Shown: positions 8,413 to 18,153 of the stretch, one piece after another
How the letters are laid out: each line of letters opens with the position of its first letter
Position numbering within the stretch: the stretch's first letter is position 1
From: Candidatus Latescibacterota bacterium
GTDB taxonomy: Bacteria; Latescibacterota; UBA2968
Length of the DNA: 64,000 nucleotides
Assembly: GCA_965222605.1 (NCBI GenBank)
Contig: OZ244960.1
Coordinates: forward strand, 896,001 to 960,000
Direction of reading: 5' to 3'
Notes under the pieces: generated by a model
The model's database searches: none
What the model was told of the DNA's origin: nothing
What the model saw: only the letters and a program-made list of their open reading frames with translations
Made by a program: the position numbers and the translations under genes

Positions 8413-10485
8413 ATGAGTGCATTAAAAAACAATCCTTTACTTGTCAAAGAGGGATTGCCTCGGCACGACGAAATTGAGCCAGAACACGTTGTGCCGGGCG
8501 TAAAACATGTGCTAACAGAAGCAGAAAAACAGATTGCGGCATTGGAGCAAAACATGACCCCATCGTGGGATGGGTTGCTCGCCCCGCTCGAAGAACTCGA
8601 CGTACCCTTTTCTTATGCCTGGGGTCCGGTGGGACATTTGCTCAGCGTAAAAAATTCGGATGATTTGCGCGAAGCACACGAGGCCGTTTTGCAAGATGTC
8701 GTGGCATTTGGTCTGCGCGTACAGCAGAGCCGTCCCATTTACGAAGGTCTGGTGGCAATTCGAGATGGCGAGGAATGGGCGAAGCTGGATGAGGCTCAAA
8801 AGCGATGTATCGAGCTAAAAATTCGCGCAGCCGAACACGCCGGAGTGGGATTAGAAGGCGCGGCAAAGGAACGCTTTAATGAAATTGCCAAAGAATTGTC
8901 GCAAATCAGCACAGATTTTTCCAACCATGTGCTGGATGCGACCAAAGCTTATGAACTAATCATTGAGGAAAAAAAAGAAACAGAGGGCTGGCCGAACAGC
9001 TTGCGGCAAGTGGCCGCGCAGTCATACTCCCAGGCCAATGAAGGCAGCGAAGCGACACCGGAAAATGGGCCCTGGCGCATTACACTGGATTTCCCGAGCT
9101 TTTATCCCTTTATGCAACACCATCGCGTACGCGACCACCGAGAGCAAGTGTACAAAGCCTATGTAAAACGCGCATCCTCAGGTGAATGGGACAACAGCGA
9201 GTTAATTGCACGTACCTTACAATTGCGCCAGGAGCAGTCCGCGATCCTGGGTTTTACGACCTATGCAGACAGGAGTCTGGATGCCAAAATGGCCCCCGAT
9301 GTCGCCGCTGTCGAGCGCATGCTCGGCGAATTGCAGGCAGCTTCACAGCCCCATAGCGAAAAGGATTTTGGCGCACTACAAGCATTGGCAAAGGCGAATG
9401 GCCAGGAAGAGCCAGTCATGCATTGGGATACGTCCTTCTGGTCGGAGCGATTGCGCGAGCAAAAATTCGATTATACCGACGACCAGTTGCGCCCTTATTT
9501 TCCACTTCCCAAAGTACTCGATGGCATGTTTGCGTTAGCAGAACGCCTTTTTGATATTGAGATCGCGCGGGCAGACGATGAAGACGCGCACAAATGGCAT
9601 GGCGATGTGCAGTTCTTCAAAGTGCTCCGCGATGGCGAGCGCATAGCGTCGTTTTATCTGGACCCTTATTCTCGTCCAGCAGAAAAACGCGGTGGCGCGT
9701 GGATGAACGACTGTCTGGGACGGCGATGGCTCAATGACGATCTTCGCTTGCCCGTGGTACATCTCGTGTGCAACGGCACGCCTCCTGTGGGTGATACGCC
9801 ATCGCTGATGAGTTTTTCAGAAGTAGAAACCCTGTTCCACGAGTTTGGACACGGTTTGCAGGGCATGTTGACGACCGTCGATTATGCCGATGTGGCGGGA
9901 TTGCATGGCGTGGAATGGGATGCAGTGGAGATTGCCAGCCAGTTTATGGAAAATTGGTGTTACCAAAAACCCACACTGATTGGAATGACCGCGCATGTGG
10001 AAACGGGTGAGCCCTTGCCAGATGATCTATTTGAGAAAATCGTCGCCGCGCGCACATTTCAGGCGGGGTCTTTGATGATGCGCCAGTTGTCCTTCGGAAA
10101 AACGGACATGCTGCTGCATTCTGCCTACGATCCAGATGGCGAAGAAACGGCTTTTGATGTAGAGCGTCGGGTAACCGAAGAAATGTCCGTATTGCCCCCA
10201 CTGCCAGAGAGTCGCTTCTTGTGCTCATTCTCCCATATCTTCGCAGGAGGCTATGCTGCCGGGTACTATAGCTACAAATGGTCAGAGGTGTTGAGCGCGG
10301 ATGCATTCGGCGCGTTTGAAGAAGCCGGACTGGACGAAGAAGAAGCCGTGAAAGCGACTGGACGCAAGTTCCGAGACACAATTCTCGCACTGGGCGGCAG
10401 CAAACACCCAATGGATGTGTACCGAGAATTTCGCGGGCGCGAACCGAACACAGAGGCGTTGCTGCGGCACAATGATCTGTTGTAA
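8413..10485 (+). CDS. prlC: oligopeptidase A, M3 metallopeptidase
   Basis: KRGGAWM, LFHEFGHGL, VEWDAVEIASQFMENW, FSHIFAGGYAAGYYSYKW. Confidence 0.95.
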   Translation: MSALKNNPLLVKEGLPRHDEIEPEHVVPGVKHVLTEAEKQIAALEQNMTPSWDGLLAPLEELDVPFSYAWGPVGHLLSVKNSDDLREAHEAVLQDVVAFGLRVQQSRPIYEGLVAIRDGEEWAKLDEAQKRCIELKIRAAEHAGVGLEGAAKERFNEIAKELSQISTDFSNHVLDATKAYELIIEEKKETEGWPNSLRQVAAQSYSQANEGSEATPENGPWRITLDFPSFYPFMQHHRVRDHREQVYKAYVKRASSGEWDNSELIARTLQLRQEQSAILGFTTYADRSLDAKMAPDVAAVERMLGELQAASQPHSEKDFGALQALAKANGQEEPVMHWDTSFWSERLREQKFDYTDDQLRPYFPLPKVLDGMFALAERLFDIEIARADDEDAHKWHGDVQFFKVLRDGERIASFYLDPYSRPAEKRGGAWMNDCLGRRWLNDDLRLPVVHLVCNGTPPVGDTPSLMSFSEVETLFHEFGHGLQGMLTTVDYADVAGLHGVEWDAVEIASQFMENWCYQKPTLIGMTAHVETGEPLPDDLFEKIVAARTFQAGSLMMRQLSFGKTDMLLHSAYDPDGEETAFDVERRVTEEMSVLPPLPESRFLCSFSHIFAGGYAAGYYSYKWSEVLSADAFGAFEEAGLDEEEAVKATGRKFRDTILALGGSKHPMDVYREFRGREPNTEALLRHNDLL

Positions 10486-10493
10486 AGTTAAAA

Positions 10494-11783
10494 ATGAAGG
10501 AAATTATAATGTTGGAGTTCATTTATAATTGGTTACTCAGCCTGGGTATCGATCCAGAGATGGCTAAAAATTGGACAGCGCCTTTGTTAGTGGGGCTGTG
10601 CATTCTGATGCTGAGTGCTATTGCCGATTTTATCGTGAAGCGCATAGCTCTGCGAACGCTGAAGTACGTGATTGAAAAAACGAAAACACCCTGGGACGAT
10701 GCATTTGTGGAGCATCGGGTTCTGGACCGGTTGGCACACCTGGCTCCCGCACTGGTCATCTTCCTTTTGGCCGATTTGCCATTTGCTGAAATGACAGAAG
10801 CAGACCGGGATTATTGCACAGCGATTATTCGGGATGCTGTACAGGTTTTTATCGTGATCATCGGCGTCTGGGTAATCGCGGCATTTCTCAATGCCGCGCT
10901 ATCTGTTTATCAAACATTTGAGATCTCGCGCGAAATTCCCGGCAAGGGTTTTGTGCAGGTCTTAAAAATGCTGACGTATTTTGTAGGCGGCATTTTTATT
11001 TTATCAATTTTGTTGGATCGCAATCCCGTATATTTCCTGAGCGGATTGGGCGCATTGATGGCCGTGCTTTTGCTGGTATTCAAAGATGCGATCCTGGGAC
11101 TGGTCGCGGGCATACAACTGAGTGCGAATAAGATGGTAGCAGTAGGTGATTGGATTGAGATGCCAAAATACGGCGCAGATGGAGATGTCATTGAAGTAGC
11201 ATTGACCACCGTGAAGGTACAAAACTGGGACAAAACAATCACCGCGATCCCAGCGTATTCATTGATCAGCGAATCGTTTAAGAACTGGCGCGGCATGCAA
11301 GAATCGGGTGGCCGTCGGATCAAGCGTTCAATTTTAATAGATATTCAAACGATCAAATTTTGCGACGAAGAGATGTTGACGCGATTCTCAAAAATCAAAT
11401 ACATCGCTGCCTATATCGAACACAAGAAAGACGAACTCGCAAAATTCAACCAGAAGCAAGAGATAGATGCGTCGAGCCTGGTAAATGGGCGGCGCATGAC
11501 CAACGTGGGCACGTTTCGGGCATACATCGTCGCGTATTTGAGAAATCATCCAAAAGTCAATCGTGAAATGACATTTTTGGTGCGACAACTGCCGCCACAG
11601 GAACACGGCTTACCAATAGAAATTTACGTTTTCTGCAGCGATACGGTATGGGCGAATTACGAGGCGATTCAGGCGGATATTTTCGACCACATCCTATCAG
11701 TAGTGCCCGAGTTTGATCTCAGCGTATTTCAGACACCAACAGGGCATGATTTTAAGCATCTCGCTGAAAAAATTGAACCCTGA
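10494..11783 (+). CDS. miniconductance mechanosensitive channel (YbdG/MscM-like MscS family)
   Basis: GDWIEMPKYGADGDV, VKVQNWDKTI, SFKNWRGMQESGGRRIKRS, YEAIQADIFDH; start at 10494 or 10509. Confidence 0.92.
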   Translation: MKEIIMLEFIYNWLLSLGIDPEMAKNWTAPLLVGLCILMLSAIADFIVKRIALRTLKYVIEKTKTPWDDAFVEHRVLDRLAHLAPALVIFLLADLPFAEMTEADRDYCTAIIRDAVQVFIVIIGVWVIAAFLNAALSVYQTFEISREIPGKGFVQVLKMLTYFVGGIFILSILLDRNPVYFLSGLGALMAVLLLVFKDAILGLVAGIQLSANKMVAVGDWIEMPKYGADGDVIEVALTTVKVQNWDKTITAIPAYSLISESFKNWRGMQESGGRRIKRSILIDIQTIKFCDEEMLTRFSKIKYIAAYIEHKKDELAKFNQKQEIDASSLVNGRRMTNVGTFRAYIVAYLRNHPKVNREMTFLVRQLPPQEHGLPIEIYVFCSDTVWANYEAIQADIFDHILSVVPEFDLSVFQTPTGHDFKHLAEKIEP

Positions 11784-11794
11784 GGGAGGGCGCT

Positions 11795-12652
11795 GTGTCA
11801 CAATCTAAATATATCACACAGTTAAAAGCTGAGGGATGGTGTCTAATTGATGGCGTGATCCCCGAAGATCGGATTGATTATCTTCGAGAACACGTCATGA
11901 AGGGACACGAAAAAGCCTTATGCGATTACGAGATATCGGGTGGATCGCTTGGGTTTCAAGCAGATGCAAATGGAAATCCGAGCACCAATTTAGTGGCTTA
12001 TGTGCCCGATCTCACACCGTATTTCGGCGATAAGCGCGTGGTAGGTGTCGCAAAAGCCATGCTGGACCCGCATGTGCGCATCGCACAAACAGAATTTAAG
12101 ACGCGACAATCGGGCGATCGAAATATTCATCACCGCGGTTTTCATTCCGATTGGCCGCACGATATTCTGGACCGGGATTGTGCAGGCGCGATTCTCATGC
12201 CATTTCCCAATGTAACAATGGGGCTAACAGCATTGTGGATGTTATCGCCATTTTCCGCTGAAAATGGGGGCACATGGGTCGTGCCGCGCAGTCATTTAGA
12301 TATTCGCAACCCGCGCAGTCATATGGACCCCCGCAATTCTCCCGAAATGCACGATGGCATTGATCCCACTGCGCCAATTCCCGGCGAAATACAACTCCAG
12401 GGACCAGCGGGCAGTGTACTCCTGCTGGACAGCCGAATATGGCATTCGACAGCGAGCAATCCGAGCACCAAACCACGCGTGACAATGCTAACGCGCTATT
12501 CGCCGTGGTGGATCAGTCTGGAATTTGGCGGGCGGAATCGGTCAATCGTGCCGCGAGACGTATTTGAACAATTTCCAGATACAGTAAAAGATTTATACCG
12601 CCATCGGGCCGAAGAGGCGGAAAACCCTATTCGCAAACATTCTGCGCCCTGA
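11795..12652 (+). CDS. phytanoyl-CoA dioxygenase (PhyH) family Fe/2OG enzyme
   Basis: HxD (FHSDW), NGGTWVVPRSH, GSVLLLDSRIWH. Confidence 0.88.
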   Translation: MSQSKYITQLKAEGWCLIDGVIPEDRIDYLREHVMKGHEKALCDYEISGGSLGFQADANGNPSTNLVAYVPDLTPYFGDKRVVGVAKAMLDPHVRIAQTEFKTRQSGDRNIHHRGFHSDWPHDILDRDCAGAILMPFPNVTMGLTALWMLSPFSAENGGTWVVPRSHLDIRNPRSHMDPRNSPEMHDGIDPTAPIPGEIQLQGPAGSVLLLDSRIWHSTASNPSTKPRVTMLTRYSPWWISLEFGGRNRSIVPRDVFEQFPDTVKDLYRHRAEEAENPIRKHSAP

Positions 12653-12685
12653 ATGTCGGCAGAAAATCGACTTTATATTTTTTAA

Positions 12686-12717
12686 GCCCTGCTTGACTAA
12701 GCAGGGCGTTTATTTTT
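12686..12717 (+). terminator. intrinsic terminator
   Basis: GCCCTGCTT-GACT-AAGCAGGGC followed by a T-rich tract. Confidence 0.7.
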
Positions 12718-12769
12718 GGATTCTATTCCAGATTTCAGGTTACAATTTCTTACATGACATCCAATATCG

Positions 12770-12851
12770 CAAAAAAATGGACACTGGGACAAATTTTGAA
12801 CTTCAAGACAAACTTACGAGGTTGACATCTAAGGGTAAATAGGGTTATTCA
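12770..12851 (+). promoter_or_regulatory. promoter block P1 upstream of the porin, duplicated at 15533-15614
   Basis: 36 bp identical (12770-12805 = 15533-15568), then TTGACA-N18-TATTC in both copies. Confidence 0.75.
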
Positions 12852-12974
12852 TTAGTAAGGCCTATTTTTAAGAGCGATATATCGTCTATAAAGACGCGGT
12901 TTTCAAACCGTGCGCAGGACACGCATCCATTGAGATTGCTCTCAACATAACCATTTTTCAAAGGAGTAGCAGAC

Positions 12975-13631
12975 ATGAAACACCTGCGTAAATCTATCGT
13001 TATAAGCGTCATAGCTCTGGTAGCTATGAACTTCCCCATCCCCATTTTCGGTCAGACCACAATCGCCATTCAGGGCGGCATGAGCCGGGCGACATTGGGC
13101 GGAAGTGATGTAGAAAATGCGGACGCGCGCATCGGCATCACGCTCGGTGCTTCTGCAACCATCCCAATACAAGACAAATTCAGCCTTCGACTCGGTGGCA
13201 ACTATGTGCAGAAGGGGGCCAAGTTCGGAGGCAACATCGAGGGTTTTGGTGGGGGATCGGGAAATACTGATGTTGATTACATCGAGCTTTCGGGCCTGGG
13301 CGTCTTCAAGCTCGCGCCGTCTGAAAGTCAGGCTTCAGTATATATGCTCGTTGGACCATCGGTGGCATTCAAGACCAAGTGTGAAGGCTCCTTCTCAGGC
13401 TCCTTCTTCTCAGAGGACATCAACCTATCAGAGGACTGCGGCGAGGACACCAACAGCTTTGACTTCGGTATTACTGGAGGGATTGGTGCAGGGATGGCGA
13501 TCTCCGAACAGATGACGTTCTCGGTAGATTTGCTGTACACCCTGGGGATCCTGTCGCTTGACGATGCAGATGACGTTAAGAATCGGGCCCTTATCATTCG
13601 GGCTGGTGTCGGCTTTCCTATCGGAAAATAG
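12975..13631 (+). CDS. small outer-membrane beta-barrel (porin / OMP_b-brl_2, PorT-like)
   Basis: Signal peptide, YVQKG, DYIEL, GPSVAF, FDFGITGGIG, DLLYTLG; alternating beta pattern. Confidence 0.8.
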   Translation: MKHLRKSIVISVIALVAMNFPIPIFGQTTIAIQGGMSRATLGGSDVENADARIGITLGASATIPIQDKFSLRLGGNYVQKGAKFGGNIEGFGGGSGNTDVDYIELSGLGVFKLAPSESQASVYMLVGPSVAFKTKCEGSFSGSFFSEDINLSEDCGEDTNSFDFGITGGIGAGMAISEQMTFSVDLLYTLGILSLDDADDVKNRALIIRAGVGFPIGK

Positions 13632-13648
13632 TGATAGGCAAAAATTTA

Positions 13649-13691
13649 AAAAAGGCGATCCATTACGCAATGGGATTTGGATCGCCTTTTT
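13649..13691 (+). terminator. intrinsic terminator
   Basis: AAAAAGGCGATCCA...TGGATCGCCTTTTT 14-bp stem. Confidence 0.75.
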
Positions 13692-14106
13692 GTATATATC
13701 AATCACTCATGCCTGCCACAATTCACCGTGGACATCGGCACAAGGAAACTTCAAATCGGACACTTTATTGATAAATTCTCGACCCGTAAAAATCATAAAT
13801 TTCTATAATACAATTTATAGAATTGTCACTTTTTTGAAACTTTATAAGGGACAAAGCGTGAGAAACGGAACAGAGGCAGATAGCAAAGTTGGCTGACAAG
13901 CCTTATTTTGCCTTTCCTACCATATCAGCAGCATCAACGTTTTTATTGTATCCTTATCGGGAGGGAATTGCCACGATTAATAGTGTGAACGGTTTTCTTT
14001 AAGCTGTTGACAAACAAATATTTATGCAACTTGGGATTCGGAATCTGTAAGTTATCAAAACAAATCCTTACAAATCCAAATTGCAAAACTATTCACACGG
14101 TTGATC

Positions 14107-14321
14107 ATGGCATTTTCTTTCAAATTCTTTTCCTTCGCGCTCGGCTTTACCAGTCTGCTGAGCCGGATATCCTCGCTTTACCTGCGGTCGCTTTACCCCC
14201 AGACCAGCAGCTTTTCCCCTTCTCTGGATCTGGATAGTTCTGAAGGCGATCAAGTAGTATCCTCTCTCGATGTACCTCCCAATCACGCTGTTTTCCTTCA
14301 GATTTTCCGCACAGATATTCC
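14107..14321 (+). pseudogene. 5' remnant of a giant surface-protein gene (signal peptide plus start of the cohesin-like domain)
   Basis: Collinear with 35260-35473 (TSLLS..RSL.PQT.SFS.SLDLD.S.GDQ..SSLD..PN....QIF..DI); signal peptide degraded and homology stops abruptly. Confidence 0.8.
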
Positions 14322-14671
14322 AGGCCTGTACTGCATAGACCTGTCCCGTGATGATTCTACACGGGCCAAGTCCATGCGGTATGCCAGCGGTATTTCTGCG
14401 TGTATTGAATCTGATGTTACACATGTCTCGCGTTTCTGTCGTGCAGAGGGGGCGCAATGAATCACCTGCGCCCGACAGCCATTAGGCTGACAAAGTATCT
14501 TTTATCTGTGCGTTGACAGAAGACGAACTGCTATACTGACGTTGCGCTCCGCTCAGCACGCGCAGCATAACGTCAGTAATGACAGACACCTGATATTGTG
14601 CCTGTGCGTAACGTCAATAACTTCGAGTGTCATCTGATGCGGGCGATGTATTGCCCAATGCCCGGTCCCTT

Positions 14672-14735
14672 CAGGTCTTATTTTTGCAATCATTTGCATA
14701 CTGTTGTACTATGTATAAGGGCATCTGAAGCATTC
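14672..14735 (+). promoter_or_regulatory. promoter block P2 upstream of the regulator, duplicated at 15669-15744
   Basis: TTGCAA-N17-TACTAT in both copies, with an internal palindrome TGCAA-TCAT-TTGCA and downstream GCATCwGAAGCATTC. Confidence 0.7.
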
Positions 14736-14769
14736 CGTTCACAGCGAAATTCAACAATGTGGGGGATGA

Positions 14770-15498
14770 ATGGATAAGCAGAAAATTCTGATTGTAGATC
14801 ATGAGCCATGTGTAATATCAGCGCTCGTAGAATTCTTGAAAGACGAACCGTATGAAATATTCACTGCGGAAAATGGACTAAAAAGCCTTGAAATTTTGAG
14901 AACAGAGAATATTGACCTCGCTGTGGTTGAGGCACATTTAGAGGATATGGATGGGATAACATTGTTGGAGCATGTGCGGGCAGAGAAAATTCAAACAGCC
15001 ATGCTGATCATGACGAGTTTGGGGTCCGCAGAATTGGGCGAACAACTGATCAAGGCCGGTGCTGTGAGTGTATTTGATAAACCAATAGAGAGAGATGTTT
15101 TTTTAACCAGAGTCAAAAGATACATCTCTCCACAAAATAGTTGGGAGAACCGTCTGGAATCATTTCTCGAAGATAATTACAGCAATCCAGAGCTGAAATT
15201 TGAAGACGTCATGCACTATTTCAATTTCTCTAAGACCTATGGATATGCATTGTTCAAGCAATATTTTGGAGAGTCATTCAGGATTTGCCTGCGCAATTTA
15301 CGCCTGACAAAGGCTGAAGAAGCATTGAAGAACACATCGGATTCCATTTCAGAAATTGCTCAGCGGTGTGGTTTTGCATACTTATCGACGTTTAGCAGAG
15401 TTTTCAAAGCGAAGTATGGAAATAACCCGACCACATATCGAAAATTCCATTTCAGAAATTGCCTATCAGTGTGGATTTATGCCCTCATCGACTTTTAG
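14770..15498 (+). CDS. atypical response regulator, REC + AraC HTH
   Basis: ILIVDHE..DLAVVEAHLEDMDG..IMTS..FDKP receiver; LRLTKAEEAL..SISEIAQRCGF..FSRVFK..P..YRK AraC domain; last ~17 aa come from an out-of-frame duplication. Confidence 0.88.
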   Translation: MDKQKILIVDHEPCVISALVEFLKDEPYEIFTAENGLKSLEILRTENIDLAVVEAHLEDMDGITLLEHVRAEKIQTAMLIMTSLGSAELGEQLIKAGAVSVFDKPIERDVFLTRVKRYISPQNSWENRLESFLEDNYSNPELKFEDVMHYFNFSKTYGYALFKQYFGESFRICLRNLRLTKAEEALKNTSDSISEIAQRCGFAYLSTFSRVFKAKYGNNPTTYRKFHFRNCLSVWIYALIDF

Positions 15499-15562
15499 CA
15501 AGATTTTCAATGAAAATAATCCGGCCACATATCAAAAAAATGGACACTGGGACAAATTTTGA
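15445..15562 (+). repeat. diverged tandem duplicate of the AraC second HTH, out of frame
   Basis: 15342-15444 (SISEIAQRCGFAYLSTFSRVF) vs 15445-15562 (SISEIAYQCGFMPSSTFSKIF..YQKNGHWDKF*). Confidence 0.85.
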
Positions 15563-15899
15563 ACTTCAGAACAAATTTGCGGGGTTGACATCGTAAGGGC
15601 AATAGTACTATTCTAAGAACTGACCATTAATAGGACTTACTTTTTTTCTAAGATGCAAAATATACCAGCAGGTCTTATGAGTAATTTTTCTTTGCAATCA
15701 TTTGCATAATGTCGTACTATATACTAAGAGCATCAGAAGCATTCTATATTTTTCCGTGTAATTTCCATACGAGAAGGTATTAAACTGGAGGAGGCGTAAC
15801 ATGTAAAAAATTAGTTGCCATCAAGTTCGACGTTCGACGACCAGTAACTCATCGATACTTTTTCTTATCACACAGGCAAATTCTAAAGGGAGGTTCCAA

Positions 15900-16394
15900 A
15901 TGCGTAACACAGGAATAGTATTCATGCTGGCTATCATTGTCGGCCTCGGCACTTTTACTGGCTGTGCAACGAGCCAGGCCAAGTCCCAATTGCAGATACG
16001 TGAGTTCCAAACTCGTAGTTTCGAGACCAAAGACGTCAAGGCGGTCCTCAAGGCTCTAATGAATATCTTACAAGACGAGGGATACGTGACGAAGCAGGCT
16101 AACTTAGAATTAGGGTTTATTAATGCCACAAAGGAGTATGAGGAGGGCCTGAAAGTCTCGGAACTTTTATTCATGCGTCGCGGAGAATGGTCGCGCAATT
16201 CTATCATCGACGCGACATTTAATGTCTCACAGTACGGTGAAACATGTCGTGTTCGAGCTAACTTCCAGACAAAAACCCTGAATCGTGAAGGTGGTGTTAA
16301 CAAGGTCAAACCGATCGACTCTGAGCAGTTCTACATTGACTTCTTCGCCAAAGTGAGTAAGGGGATTTTCATCAATGTTGACCAGGGGCTTTGA
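15900..16394 (+). CDS. lipoprotein, array type A (QTR-x-F family)
   Basis: Lipobox FTGC; QTRSFE..LQDEGY..LGFINA..YIDFFAKVSKGIF is shared with the downstream paralogs; RBS GGAGG. Confidence 0.8.
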   Translation: MRNTGIVFMLAIIVGLGTFTGCATSQAKSQLQIREFQTRSFETKDVKAVLKALMNILQDEGYVTKQANLELGFINATKEYEEGLKVSELLFMRRGEWSRNSIIDATFNVSQYGETCRVRANFQTKTLNREGGVNKVKPIDSEQFYIDFFAKVSKGIFINVDQGL

Positions 16395-16536
16395 TCCAAT
16401 TTGGGCCAAGGATACAAATTGATCGATAACACATCAGATGCGATCTTTTTGCCAGGGCCAGCCTGCATCAGGCAATATCGTCTAAATTGTATAGGTACTG
16501 ATCTTACTGGCCATCATCAACAGAAGGAGGCGTAAC

Positions 16537-16977
16537 ATGAAAAAATTACTGATCGCAGTAATGGCTGTGGTATTCCTGTCGGGTTGCATGATGACCCCGC
16601 AGCACCGAAGAGCTGTGCGGGATGATTCTGGCGACCGGATGACTGTTGGAAAGGTTCAAAAAGAAATAAGGGTTGGTATGAGTGGTGCCGAAGTTGCCCA
16701 GGTTCTCGGATCGCCAAATATCGTTTCAACAGATGAAGAACGGCGTGAAGTATGGATATATGACAAAATTTCGACGGAAGAAGCATACTCAACCAGTCAG
16801 GGCGGTGTTGCTTCTCTCATCCTTGTAGGCCTGACCGATGTTTTGCTTGGCGGAAGTGGCGGACTGTCGGGTTCATCCGGAGCCAGTTCAACATCTCAGA
16901 GAACCCTCACTGTCATAATAAAATTTGACGAAAATAAACAGGTGAGAGACTTCGCGTATCACACATCGCGGTTCTGA
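16537..16977 (+). CDS. SmpA/OmlA (BamE-like) lipoprotein
   Basis: Lipobox LSGC; IRVGMSGAEVAQVLGSP, EVWIY, LTVIIKFDENKQV. Confidence 0.8.
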   Translation: MKKLLIAVMAVVFLSGCMMTPQHRRAVRDDSGDRMTVGKVQKEIRVGMSGAEVAQVLGSPNIVSTDEERREVWIYDKISTEEAYSTSQGGVASLILVGLTDVLLGGSGGLSGSSGASSTSQRTLTVIIKFDENKQVRDFAYHTSRF

Positions 16978-17035
16978 GGAAGACACACCAGATATAGTAG
17001 TGGAAGTTGTGAGCCGGCTTCAAGGGTGGTCACAG

Positions 17036-17590
17036 ATGATTTATAAAAAAAATCTTCTATTATCACTACTTGCCATAATGGTATTAGTTTTGACGAGTTG
17101 CGGAAGTAGTATTCCCAAAGGTGCTTTTAAGCTAACACCAGAATTATTGCAAAAGCGGGTTCTAAAAACGAGAAAATACGAAGGCATTTCAGAAGTTGAT
17201 ATTTTATCGGCATCTGCTGGCGTGCTTCAAGATTTGGGATTCAATATTGATGAGAGTGAATCAAAACTCGGACTTATCGTTGGCTCAAAGGTAAGAGATG
17301 CGACTGAAATAGGGCAGGAGGTTTGGTGGTGGACTAAGGCGTTGCTTCTCAGGTGGACGGCGTTTACTGATGAGACTGATGACTATCAAAAGTTCAGGGC
17401 GTCTGTTGTTATACGTCCAATATCAGAAGATAACGATAAAACACACTATGTTAGTGTGACATTCCAGCGGATTGTTTGGGATACTGCTGACAAAATTTCG
17501 AAACAAGAGACCCTGAATGAGCCTGAAATATATCAAGAGTTCTTTGATCGTCTTTCAAAATCAGTCTTTCTGGAAGGGCAAAAAATATGA
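17036..17590 (+). CDS. lipoprotein, array type B
   Basis: Lipobox LTSC; TRKYE..VLQDLGF.IDESE..LGLIVGSK..YQEFFDRLSKSVFLE. Confidence 0.8.
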   Translation: MIYKKNLLLSLLAIMVLVLTSCGSSIPKGAFKLTPELLQKRVLKTRKYEGISEVDILSASAGVLQDLGFNIDESESKLGLIVGSKVRDATEIGQEVWWWTKALLLRWTAFTDETDDYQKFRASVVIRPISEDNDKTHYVSVTFQRIVWDTADKISKQETLNEPEIYQEFFDRLSKSVFLEGQKI

Positions 17591-18009
17591 AAATCTCCAG
17601 GATACTGACAGCCTCAATTGCCATATTAATTGGGTTATCCGGATGTGGAACATCAAAAAATCATTTGCTGAAAATAGATGAAAGCCAGGTCAAGTTGCGA
17701 AGCATGCAAACCCGTGCATTCGACACCACAGAAAAGAATAAGATGCTTAGAACCGTAATAACCACAATCCAAGATTTCGACTATGTCCTGGATAAAGCAG
17801 ATGCAACGCTTGGAATGATTAGTGCCACAAAACTCGACGAACATCAATACCGAATAACGATTACTGTTCGACCGAGGGGCGAAACCCAATTGTTGGTACG
17901 TGCAAACGTACAATACAAACAAAAGGCTGTTAAAGATCCAATAATATATCAAAATTTCTTCACCTCTTTGGCAAAATCGATATTTCTGACCGCTCACGAG
18001 GTTGATTAA
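17587..18009 (+). CDS. lipoprotein, array type C (copy 1)
   Basis: Lipobox LSGC; LRSMQTRAFDT...TAHEVD*; ATGA overlap with the type B gene. Confidence 0.85.
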   Translation: MKISRILTASIAILIGLSGCGTSKNHLLKIDESQVKLRSMQTRAFDTTEKNKMLRTVITTIQDFDYVLDKADATLGMISATKLDEHQYRITITVRPRGETQLLVRANVQYKQKAVKDPIIYQNFFTSLAKSIFLTAHEVD

Positions 18010-18011
18010 AC

Positions 18012-18153
18012 GTAATTATTTAGGTTCTTGTGGTCGCGTAGGAGGGAAATCCTTTTCCCGACCTTGATCGCGGCAGGGATGCCGCTCCGACAGCATCCTT
18101 TTGTGATTTTTGTGCATTTTGTGGCTAATCATCCAAATGACCTAAATAGTTAC
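18012..18153. mobile_element. 142-bp MITE-like insertion carrying a REP doublet
   Basis: Terminal inverted repeats GTAATTATTTAGGT / ACCTAAATAGTTAC (1 mismatch). Flanking duplication GATTAAAC (18004-18011, 18154-18161) of a site that is single after the other four type C genes. Confidence 0.8.

Noticed and set aside
12850-15899. Riboswitch in the long leaders of the porin or lipoprotein array
   Set aside because: No recognisable aptamer consensus by eye; an Rfam scan would be needed to exclude one
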